64,000 nt of DNA from Phoronis australis (Eukaryota; Animalia; Phoronida). The DNA lies in assembly GCA_002633005.1 (NCBI GenBank), contig NMRA01000384.1, forward strand, positions 366,845-430,844. Direction: 5' to 3'. The position numbers and the translations under genes were made by a program. Below are positions 39,601-48,760 of the stretch, piece by piece; position 1 is the stretch's first letter; every line of letters starts with the position of its first letter. Under the pieces are notes generated by a model. The model was given only the letters and a program-made list of their open reading frames with translations, was not told the DNA's origin and searched no databases.

Positions 39601-39805
39601 CGATATTTACTATACAAATTTTCAGTTGATACAAAAATTAATTACAAAAATGTCAGAGAGCTAACCAAGGAATAGAGACAAGCATGAAAACAAACAAAAA
39701 GTATTTTTCCTGACGTCTCATACCAGTATCCTGTCGTCTGACTCTAGTGCCACGTTTGGCACCCAGAGAAGCGGGTTTGGCAGGTGCATTACTTCTAGGC
39801 TTCAT
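3658..39805 (-). CDS. CNTRL: Centriolin (CEP110/CNTRL), multi-exon, 3' end not found in window
   Basis: GT-AG exons with consistent phases, 5' to 3': 39805-39724, 39009-38885, 38214-37942, 37470-37284, 35733-35540, 35200-35069, 34551-34311, 32864-32698, 32192-32055, 31215-31062, 29500-29280, 28292-28134, 26851-26777, 26213-26088, 25172-25044, 24693-24535, 22915-22688, 20674-20363 (duplicate 19918-19607), 19029-18900, 18359-18252, 17648-17464, 16811-16179, 15640-15539, 15262-15134, 11817-11630, 10111-9907, 8843-8637, 8157-8093 (duplicates 7229-7025, 5982-5776, 5298-5234), 3784-3658. About 1727 codons with duplicates collapsed. N-terminal LRRs, then coiled coil with motifs I recognise from vertebrate centriolin: GVRYITE, KTAELTKACEKHYELEQELAFYKID, ESPYIGKARY, IKDLERQLTEGQ, GLQDYL, CSVPEHHDLE, CLEETIAKRRAELRAADELL. 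Confidence 0.93.
5474..5567. mobile_element. Palindromic ~94-bp MITE-like element (copies at 8333-8426, ~29030-29120, half copy ~45703-45760)
   Basis: ATAGATCACAGACATTT...TCTGCACGCCACCTAT tggccac ATAGGTGGCATGCAGA...AAATGTTTGTGATCTAT forms a fold-back; related copies are dispersed through the window. Confidence 0.7.
6409..6742. mobile_element. MITE with ~40-bp TIRs (duplicate at ~9262-9589), followed by a ~75-bp hairpin at 6744-6820
   Basis: TATAAAATGAAGCGCCAACGGGTTCTTAAATGAGTACCT pairs with AGGTACTCGTTTAAGAACCCTTTGGTGCTTTATACTTTATA. The adjacent TTTTGAGAACCAGTTT...AAACTGGTTCTCAAAA is an inverted repeat. Confidence 0.65.
6956..7024. repeat. 33-bp minisatellite at a CNTRL splice donor (2 units here, 3 units at ~9805-9906)
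   Basis: Unit CACTCGACCTCAACTGACCGCTCCTACATCACT. Confidence 0.9.
11999..12066 (-). pseudogene. Degenerate tRNA-like sequence / tRNA-derived SINE head (similar at 31857-31917 + and 56234-56290 -)
   Basis: Reverse complement TAGCTCGTCAGTAGAGCGTTTGGCTGTGAACGCGAAAGTTCACAGTTCAAATTCGAGCTGGGGC has A-box and B-box spacing and a CT-GTG-AA anticodon-like loop, but the stems are broken. Confidence 0.55.
13219..13960 (+). mobile_element. Non-LTR retrotransposon 3' remnant (RNase H and CCHC zinc knuckle; I/R1-group-like)
   Basis: YIPGHCGISFNVKADELA resembles the RNase H WVPGHxGIxGNExADxLA motif. RRITEILTDHSNLARRRHITGHMGSPVCPECGNDVEIPKHLVEWHC resembles the C-terminal CCHC region. Interrupted by stops; preceded by N gap 12841-13217. 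Confidence 0.7.
14174..15008 (+). mobile_element. Probable solo LTR (BEL/Pao-like), antisense to CNTRL
   Basis: Starts TGTTAATGC and ends GCAGCAATA (TG...CA with one change), with GTTAG on both sides (14169-14173, 15009-15013). Internal order: TATA-like TATTTAAA 14380, donor GTAAGT 14477, acceptor TTTCAG 14892, AATAAA 14947. Confidence 0.6.
16179..16811 (-). CDS. CNTRL: CNTRL 633-nt Pro/Gly/Gln/Thr-rich low-complexity exon
   Basis: Open phase 0-0 exon between cttcag and gtatat, 211 codons, immediately upstream of the exon carrying CSVPEHHDL; internal repeat PGAQxxLTPGQLYVP x2. Confidence 0.8.
19324..20832. repeat. 756-bp tandem duplication containing one 312-nt CNTRL exon
   Basis: 19324-20076 and 20080-20832 are near-identical; a single N at the junction (20077). 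Confidence 0.95.
23245..24250 (+). repeat. Diverged ~150-bp tandem array, possibly a non-autonomous Helitron/Helentron-type element
   Basis: Monomers begin TG(G)CCACTAG-like at 23334, 23647, 23788, 23948, 24093, 24239; 23645-23795 and 24091-24247 are clearly homologous. Contains AAATTTCATGAAAATCCG-type motifs; a related fragment lies at ~17055-17110. Confidence 0.6.
25880..26092. repeat. Degenerate 39-bp minisatellite overlapping a CNTRL splice donor
   Basis: CC(C/T)AGAGATC-type unit starts at ~25942, 25981, 26020, 26059; the last unit contains the CTTACC donor complement at ~26083-26088. Confidence 0.75.
30724..30780 (+). mobile_element. Possible Tc1-like TIR end fragment
   Basis: TA-CAGTGAGGAAAGTATTTCAACCAC resembles Tc1 termini; no partner end found. 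Confidence 0.3.
33129..33260. repeat. ~39-bp minisatellite, 3+ units
   Basis: CATTAGGTCATCAGTCAATACAAACCTGTC(C/T)GTTTT repeated. Confidence 0.9.
36135..36723. mobile_element. Non-autonomous TIR element with 9-bp TSD (MULE-like MITE)
   Basis: Left CTCGCTGGTTCCCT...TAGCCAGCACGCAGGTATCAC pairs with right GTGATACCTGCGTGCTAGCTA...AGGGAACCAGTGAG. Flanks GTGGGGTTC (36126-36134) and GTGGAGTTC (36724-36732) differ by one base. Confidence 0.75.
37284..39009 (-). CDS. CNTRL: CNTRL leucine-rich-repeat exons (39009-38885, 38214-37942, 37470-37284)
   Basis: SDS22-like LRRs: YIENLDSLRRLESLNLSCNVIEKMDRLDRLTRLRELNLSFNLLTKIEGLESLVNLQVLNLTGNNIQHIP, followed by an LRR cap NPLSDLPHGRLYIIFHLRSLEVVDG. Confidence 0.93.
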
Positions 39806-41529
39806 GGTGACTGTTTTTGAAACACCAGAACAGTTATAATCTGGTCATGCTGAAACAAAATCACAAAAATATAGAGTAAAGCTGCATTTTGCTTTTTAGC
39901 TAAAGCACAAAAATGGAGGTGAGCCTTTTAATCAGGGTCTCACAATATTCCTGACTGTAGGACTCTATTTCTGTTTCCTGCAAGAACGCCGAAATAATCA
40001 GCGACTAAAGATAACATTTCAGAGTTTATTGGGGTCGGCCAACCCTAAAATTGAAGTCGAAAATGGCACATGAATACTTTGACTTGAGTTGCTGGATAGT
40101 TTGGCAACAATTCAAGGTCAGTATCAAGGTCAGTATCTTGTGATAAATGCTTTTAAGCCCCTAAGCAATTCAGATAATAATTCAACATTAACAGTTGTGA
40201 AGTGCACCCTTAAGAATGATCCAAGTACAATGAATACAGGAATTACTTAAATCAATACATGATACACAGCATAAATTTAGCATTTACTTGAGGTTCTGTA
40301 TTTAAATCAATTGATGCATCGAAATAGAAGAGGGGTGTAGACTTTATTAATTAGTATGTCACTTCAGACGCACTATTGATAAGCTGTAACATATAAACAT
40401 TCAGATAATTTTTTTCAATATTCATACAAGTGCGTTACTCTGTGATGGGGTATTGTTGTGAATCCTTGATGTAGTAATCTTAGTTTGAGAATGCAAGTTA
40501 TTCAGAGTACTTACTAGTGATGTATGTAGTTAGTATTATAGATCACAGAAAACTGAAAGGACGTTGGGGCAATTTCTCTATGACTCATTTAATAAAAAAG
40601 CTTATAAATCCATCCAAAATCATGTGAGTCTGAATCCTACTCTGACCACGGCAGTTTTTTCAGACTTTGGTTGGGTTTTGTTAAACTGTGAACACACTTA
40701 CTCAGTTACTGGGAGAAAACAGCATCCCTCTGAGTGCTTATGCTACCACTTTTCTAATTTACTAATCTCTTCCCATCAGGGTTGTAGACAGTTGGTTGTA
40801 AGACTCTCCTTGGCTCTGGACTGAACATGGCCAGATCGACAACAAATATGCTTTCTGAACAGTTTTAAACTCTAAAGTCAATTTCGAATTGAAATGTACA
40901 TCACAAGTTTTGGAAGGTGGACCTTAGTGTTTGAAAGTTTAGGGCGAGCAATGTATATTTTACAGTGATCAACACTGACAGGGCATTTACAGGAAGCTGA
41001 AAACAGGTACACCTAGCTAAAGCTAAGACACGTTCATCAACAACATGGACAAGCCAAGTTCAAATGTCGTCTGCTTACTTTTGTTTCTGCTTGAAAATGT
41101 ACTTCTCTGTTTCAAAATTAAGCATTTAAGATGCAACTGGACACAGGTTGAAGGTCCTCCATCAAGATGTGTATTTTATAAAACGTGTGATGCTAAAATA
41201 AAAGCCAGTCGTGAAGGTGTTTTTAAAATTTCCCTCCAATTCCACTGTCCGCCATTTGTAAACATTCATCATAATAAGAAAACAGTTTTTAATCCTTGTC
41301 AAAATGTTCAAATGTACGTATTTAAGAGTAACATAATTTGTCATTTTGATCACATTTAGAGAAAAAATAATACTTTTAGAAAACAGTTTTGACTTTTCGT
41401 CGTTAAAAAAGCAATATTAGCAATAGATGTAAATGTTTTTCGCCTTTCGTGTGACCTTGACCGACTGACATTGAACGGAAGAAAACGCACATTGAAGAAT
41501 AACAATGACATCCAAGTACTGTACTATTT

Positions 41530-42328
41530 ACCTGTGAACTTGTGCATGCATCATAGTTATGATTTTTATTTTCATACGCGATGTACTATATATATCTTTA
41601 TTGAACAAGGCCGTGAAGCTAAGTTCTCACTGTAACCAGTGTAACCAACATTGCAAACTTGAGGAGTGGGACATTGTCTGCTGCCGCTGCACAATGTCAC
41701 GGTTTACTTAATAGCAAGAGACGGTGTTACTCCCATGAGGCCTTTTTAGGCCGGAAGTTTTCAGGCAAATTATGCCTCACACTGATTAATTCATCAAACT
41801 TACGTTGCTATAAGTATCTTTTGCGCATAGAGGGACAATTTAGGTGACCGCCAATGTTTGTAATTCCTTCCAACAAATAGGCCTACTCCTGAAATCAAAC
41901 TTTTTTCGAGGAGCCCTTTCAGTTTGCTTGAATCGGCAACTGGCCATTTTTACACGGCTTGGGCAACTGAAAGAAGAACTGCTCGAAAAAACTGGTGGTA
42001 CTGTCTAGGACATTGCCATATGATCTGGAACTACTGTCTCACACTGATTAAAACATCGAAGTCATGGTACTAAACGCATCTTTTGCCTTTGCTCTTAGGA
42101 GGCCATTGATGTCTTAAACTCCTCCCAGCTCATACAAATATTGACGCAATCAAACTTTTTTTCAAACAGTCCTTCGTTCAGTTGCCCAAATCGGCAACTG
42201 GCCATTTTTGCAAGTTGCTAGCACCAGGAGACATGACGTCATCCTCCCCGGCGCGAGCAGAGTAAAAATGACCAGATAGCCTAAATACGCAATTCATACT
42301 TGTATAATTAAATGCTTTGTCTTTCAGA
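41530..42328. promoter_or_regulatory. Probable bidirectional promoter / 5' UTR region between CNTRL and HDHD3
   Basis: Divergent ATGs at 39805 (-) and 42329 (+), both preceded by splice acceptors, so non-coding first exons lie between them. Minus-strand donor CAG/gtaaat near 41531, ETS-type CCGGAAGT at 41751, CRE-like TGACGTCA at ~42234. Confidence 0.55.
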
Positions 42329-44510
42329 ATGAGCAAAATCCGTCTGATCACGTTCGATGTTCACAAGACGCTGATCAAGGTATGTGGGTCACCTGGAGAA
42401 CAGTATTCAAAGATTGCCGAGAAGCACGGCGTTACCAAGAGTGCAGCTGAACTGGACGAGATCTTCACACAAGTCTGGAACACTCACTGGGACAGGTAGA
42501 GTTGTTGGGGTCGCTTCATATAGACTGTGAAGGTTAAGTGGGAAAGTCCAGCTGATGCTGTTGCTGTTTATAGAATCAAGTTTTTGGCGTCTAATTACTA
42601 CCACATCCCAGTTTAGTGATAATGTATGCAAATTATTTGATAATGTGTGCAAATTAATTGATTAACTAAAAGATTCATATTGATTAATTCATATTAAGAG
42701 TCACTCCACAAGAATTTGTGCGTTAATTGTTGAAGTTATATTTTGAATTGTTTTATGAAAACGGTGCCATGGGAGCGTGAAGCCAAACTTCATATTTTGC
42801 CCTAAAGTTGCCTTTTATGAAACAGACCCAAGACTTATAGTTACGCAGTAATTCATATGTTATTTTATGCAAAGTAGTCAAGAAAAGTTTTTTTCACGTA
42901 TCGAATGCTGACTACTGCACACGTCAACATCAATCGCACAAATGATAATGACCCCAAATTTGTCATATTAATGACCCAACTAGCAGATTTCATTGTCAGA
43001 ATACACTGGAGTGACAGGGAATACAGAATTTTGTGCGATTGTTTTAGGTTTTAATCTGTAACTTGTTGTATGTTAACTAGTCAAAGTTTTATCAAATGCG
43101 GTTTTGTGGCTAGTGTGTTGTACCAACAATAGAAATATCAAAGTATACAGGGCTTGCAATGTTCCTCTTTTAAGAGGATTGCCTCTTTCCGTGAGGTGGG
43201 AAATACAGGCCTTGGAATTTTTTTCTCTTTTAAGAGGATTTCCTCTTATTTGATTTCCATTTTCCTCTTCTTTATCTCTTTTTATCAGCGCCTAGTTCAG
43301 ATAAATTTTACAATACAAAAAATATTTCTATCACGCAAGCCTACTTATTTATAGAATGATACATCACCTGGAAAATTTTCTTCTTTTTGTCATAGGTCAT
43401 TCCAAGCTGTGAGAATTGCCAAGGAAATGTCACTCTGACAATGTGTTTTGTGCTGAGGGAAGAAGTAGAGTTACTGCTGTAGAACTTTTTTTTGCTTCCG
43501 TGAGGGTGGGAAATAAATGGTGAACTTGACCTCATGGAAGATATATTAAGTAATTTGCCAAGTGTGCGGGATCATATTTCATTGTTGTTGTTGGGGACCA
43601 GTTCAGTTTATGGTTTTTTTATACTGGCCCCCGTACAGTCTGCCTGAAGTTCTCGATGTGTGGTAACGGAAGTTTTGCGAAATATGAAGCAAGTTGTATT
43701 TTCCCCTTCTGTTTCTTCGTTACTGCCCTGAGGGAATCTGCCCTAAATTTGTAAGACCTCATGCTGGTTTTTCACGTGCAGGGCTATAGAGCTTATGTGA
43801 GGTTGACAACAAGATGGTGATTTTATCCCATTTTCCCTGCAGGCCCAATTGGGAAACTGGATTGCTCCCATTGAATTTGAAGTTTCTGTTGTGGAGAGCA
43901 CTGTCACTGTGATCATATGGTTAACATTTCTTGCAGACATCCCAATTTCGGTGCCGAGGACAATTCCATCAGCTCTCGTGACTGGTGGACTCAGGTGGTC
44001 TCTCAGGTCTTTCTCAAGTGCGGGTACAAAGGTCAGTTTTCGCAGCTCAACTCCATTGCACAGGATGCCTATGACTCGTTCAACAGTGCAGATGCATGGT
44101 CTGTCTTTCCAGACGTTCACGAGACCCTCACTAGCCTGCGAGACATGAATGTGAAATTGGGTGTCATCTCGAACTTCGACAAGCGACTCAACACAATCCT
44201 GGACAACCTGGACTTGGCGAAGTACTTCAACTTTGTCACGACGTCGGAAGTCTCCAGAGCTTGCAAACCCAATCCTAGGATCTTCGAGGTTGCATTGAAC
44301 AAATCTGCGTATAAATTCCCGTTGGCGGAATGCTTGCATGTGGGGAACTCCGTGAAGCGCGACTACCTACCTGCGGTCAGCCTTGGTTTGAACGCAGCTA
44401 TTATATTCCGCGGCGACATGAACAACGTGCCTGCTAAGTTTGATGAGGTTGACAGAAAATTTCTGCTCCCAACCCTGAGCAGCGTTCCGGCCTTGCTGGA
44501 GAGCTTGTAA
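42329..44510 (+). CDS. HDHD3: Haloacid dehalogenase-like hydrolase domain-containing protein 3 (REG-2-like), ~246 aa
   Basis: Two exons, 42329-42495 and 43937-44510, phase 2 join AG/A = Arg. Motifs: RLITFDVHKTL (I), HPNFG, WW cap, LGVISNFDKRL (II), KPNPRIF (III), LHVGNSVKRDY (IV). Confidence 0.92.
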
Positions 44511-47500
44511 GTGTTTGAAGAGGAATGGTTTGACAGTGGAAAACATTCCATTTGCGTAAGTTTTGCAATGCTGTGTTAGAACAAGTAGCGTTTGCTGAGA
44601 AACAAAGCGTGACATTGGAGATACTTGTCTACCTTTGGAATTAACTCGTGTGAATGGTCGAAAAATCTTCGCATTCAACTCGTTATAAAATTATGTAGAA
44701 ACGTTTTCGAGCAGTCAGTTTAAAGTTTTTGAAAAGACTAGGCAGAGTAGTGATTCCTGAAACAATTGTTTGTGTGGTTCACAGAAAAGGGAAGAAAGAG
44801 CGTGTTTCCTATTTCCTTGTGTCAAATATCATATAATAGGAGATAGTAATACCCACAAAGGACCTCAAAAGTAACACCAATTACTATTTCCTGTCATGAC
44901 AACAACTCTGCTCTCTGCACAAAGGCATCTGTGAATACCATGTGCACTCAGCCATCTTTACTGGGAATTCTGGGTCACTTTGTCCAATTTGAATCGCTGT
45001 GAACCGTCATTCTACTGGTCTCCATGGTGAAAGCTTTACACTGGCAGCTGGGTCTTCTGAATTTCATTCGAGACAACCAGAAAATTGACCAATTGCATGA
45101 CGGGCTGTGAATAAATTTTCGAATTCTCTGCTTTATGATTGGTTAGTTTTTCAGTCCAGTCTTGACTAAAATGTTACTATTGATCTGGAAGTATATCTTG
45201 AGAAGATTCATAACTATGTATGTGAAATTCACAGCTGCTGTTGTTGGCACTTTATCTGGAAAATTCTAAAATTTCCACTTTAAGTTAGCTTTTTGGAAGA
45301 TTTGCGTCCTTTTTTCAGAGTAGGCGTATTCTGACATTTCTCTCTACAAGTGTGCCATGCAATTTTAAAAATGTAGCAGTTCTTTGGTTATGGGAAATCC
45401 TGATATGTTGTGATTTTTTTGGAATTTATTGATTTAATTGCCAAAGAATCCCTGATTGCCATAAAATAGTAGTTTTCAAAAAGACTTTACAAATTTCAGA
45501 GAAACTTGACTGACTTCTTTGCAGTAATGCCAGAAAGCCAGAAGGAAATCAGATGCAAAATATACCACTGAATAATTTGAAAATTCTTCAGAATATTTTG
45601 AAATTTCAAGGAAATGAAATTTCTTGTTTGAAAGCTACTACCTTTGTCTCTTAGCTGCCTTGCTTTAGTGGCATCACTTTGTTCTTTATGTAAATGTATA
45701 CATGGTCACAAACATTTTTGATTCCAGTCTGTACGCCACCTGTTGGCCATATCATGTGACCTAATGAACATAAGTCAAGATTTACATATGTATATGTATA
45801 CATTGTCATTAAAAGGAACATATTTCATGGTTAACTGGGAAGCCAAACCCTTGGTCTGTGTAAAAGTACTTGATTAGATTTGTTTTAATTATGTCACTTA
45901 AATACAGTTTCTTCTAATACAAACCCTGAAAACTAAGACTCAACAGAAGTAGTATCCAGGTGTTGATAATTAAGGAAATGAATGAAAAAGGTGAAAACTT
46001 CTGGAAAGATTTGGAAATGTCATAAGGTATATGACAAGCACCATTTACTGTTCATGTAGCAAGTTAGTACTCCAAGTTACTATTGGCAACAATCAAGAAG
46101 AAGTTGGTGCATTTTTAGTCTTTTGTTGCAAATGGAACTTAAGGTAATTATATCTAGAACTAGAAATTCAATTAAAAATTAGTATGCAATGTGGGAAGAT
46201 TCATGATACATGTAAACTGATGTAGTGTTGACAGGTGCTAATTAAGTTTTGCATGAAATGCTTGTTGTTATTATGTTTAAATACTAGGCTTTAAAAGTGC
46301 AGAAAACACGCTAAACTTATTACTGCTGGTGATAGAGGCGATTAGAACAATTGTGATATTATGTTGATTTTTTGAAATGGGGAGTGCTAGGAGTTAGGAA
46401 GTTCATACATTTCCAGTTTGTTCCGTTTTGTCCTTCGTCAGTTGGCTTGTCAACTTTTGTGCCTGCTTTTGGACAGTCTTACACTTTTCTGAAGCCTTCA
46501 TTGTAACCAAAGTTTGTTGTAATAGAAAACTGGTGTAACTTAAGTTGTTAAAATGATTTTACTAAAATCAACCTTGTGATTTCTAGGATGATCATAGATG
46601 CCCACAACAGTAAAAAGCATATGGTCAACATCGATGTTAAATTCCGCATGTGCAAACATGCGTTGCTTGAGGTGGGTTTTACCCCCGATCTGTATGTTTT
46701 ATTTCATCTTTGGTACTTAAACACATGCAATGAATTCAAGGTTATTCAAAATCATATTCATCTTGTCAAATTTTTTCATGTAGAAAACTTGTTTGTTTTT
46801 AGTTCTACTTGGAATGCTGTTGTATACCCTGCTCACATTCTGATGATGAAAGTGTCATTATTCATGATGAAATTAAGACATCCAAAGCAATTGACAATCA
46901 GTTATGAATGCCACGCCAAAGCAGTTTAAATTGTATTAATTTTGTTGTATGTAACGTACCATGCGGAACATGACTTAGTGACCATTGTATTTTGGACTGA
47001 GGTGCCAAACATGTTAATTTGTTCTTTGAATTACATTGTCAGTGGTGGGCCTATTCTTCTTGGCGAGACATGATGCATGTATATTTAAAGATACCCTTTC
47101 CGATTCTTTTCTGTGAGAAATCTCAAAAGCCCATTAGAGCACCAGCCAGTTTAGTCAAAACGTATTTTCAAATTATGCAAAATTTGACGTGGATTTTTTC
47201 GAATTCCTGGTGGGGCATCAACAATATTTAGGTTACATATGCAAGTACATACAAACCTTTCATTTGCAAAATTTTCATATTTAATAGAAAACGAAGCGTA
47301 TCTTTAAAATTCTTTAATTTGTTTGGCATTGGGCCCACCTGCCACAGATGGACATGAAATGTCGATAAATTTGTTTACTTGTTATCAACTATGTTTAAAG
47401 TTTAGGTAATTAAAGAATGTATTGTACAATTTTGTCTTGTTTATGCTGCGGCGGTGGTGGTGGCCACTTCACTTTTTCTCTACGTGAAAATTGACCTATC

Positions 47501-47697
47501 GCGTGGCACGCTTGGAGTTAACTCGCCATGTGGCGTCACTTTTGGAGCAGAATTTCAAGGAGAGTTTGGTGGTCACGGGCCCCCGAAGTGAACGCCAAGT
47601 CTTTCGTTTTACAGATAGTTCCAACATATTTACCAAGCTCTCATTTAGGAACCTACCTCCTAAGGTGTAAACTTCTAGGCATTTTTGCATACCTCAG

Positions 47698-47938
47698 CAG
47701 TGGCAAGATCTACGTTTTCAGTAAGGGGTGGGTTTAGGATTTGATCGAATCCGAGGCTCGTAGCGCCGATTGGGTAAGGAAGGTCGGGAGAGGGTTTCCC
47801 TCGTCCAGTGTAAAGATTTTTTTTTTGGTTTTAGTAGCTAATTTCGTTTTTATGGCGAATTTTTTTCAATTTTTATTTTTGATCCTGTCCCGATGAGGGG
47901 GTTTGAGCCTCCTGAACCCCCCTGTAGATCCGCCTCTG
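47698..47938. mobile_element. MITE with CAG...CTG termini and 5-bp TSD
   Basis: CAGTGGCAAGATCTAC ... GTAGATCCGCCTCTG, with CTCAG on both sides (47693-47697, 47939-47943). Confidence 0.7.
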
Positions 47939-48760
47939 CTCAGAATCTTGTACACGAAATTGATAGACAACAAAACAGTGCTCTCTTTGTCGCTCAGTGG
48001 AAATGAATGCTGAACCGAGATGGAGGCCTTTTGTCACGCCGTGGATGTCCGTTTCTATTGTTGTAGCGGTCAGTAAATACACGCCAAGCAGGGCGACAGT
48101 AGTTAATGCCAAAAAATGTCTCATCAAGATAACCAGGGGTCTGTAGTTTTGTTAAATACATCATTGAGAACAGTTGCTTCTCTCTTTAAGCACAAGCAAA
48201 CAAGACTACAAAGTTATGTATTTGTAACAGTAGGCTTGACTTTCCTTGTACATACAACGTAAATTTCCCACATGAGTGAACTGAAAGGTATTCGTTAATA
48301 CTTTTTTCGCTTCACTGTTAAAAACAGCACATCAGTATTTTATAGGCATTTTGAAACTTGATCTCATTAGAGTATCGAATAATACGTAAGCTCCTGATCG
48401 TCGCTGCAAATCTGCTCAACTGAACTACATGATTTAAATTTATATATAACACTAATTAAAATCCTGTAGTCCTGAGTGTCTTTGTAATTAAAGTTCGAGG
48501 TGGTGAATAAAACACAGCTGGTTAACATTCGTCAGAGAGGAATTCGCTTACTTAGCTCTCTTTCAGATAATTTGTAAATCTCCGGCAATTTTATTTTTCC
48601 TGCATTTTCGTTGAAATCGTACTCCGCTTTATAACATCGGTGTAGTTAGCTGAAACGGCGATACATCTCATATCGCGCACATCGACATGGCATGAACACG
48701 TGGCCTAGCTTCGAGAAAATGTGAAGACGCACTTCCCGTCCCAACTGTAAGGACGACCAA

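Noticed and set aside
43743-44339. 198-aa minus-strand ORF and other overlapping ORFs
   Set aside because: Antisense shadows of the HDHD3 coding exon with no recognisable motif.
47873-48127. 84-aa ORF with signal-peptide-like start
   Set aside because: Non-ATG start and it runs into a MITE; no support as a gene.
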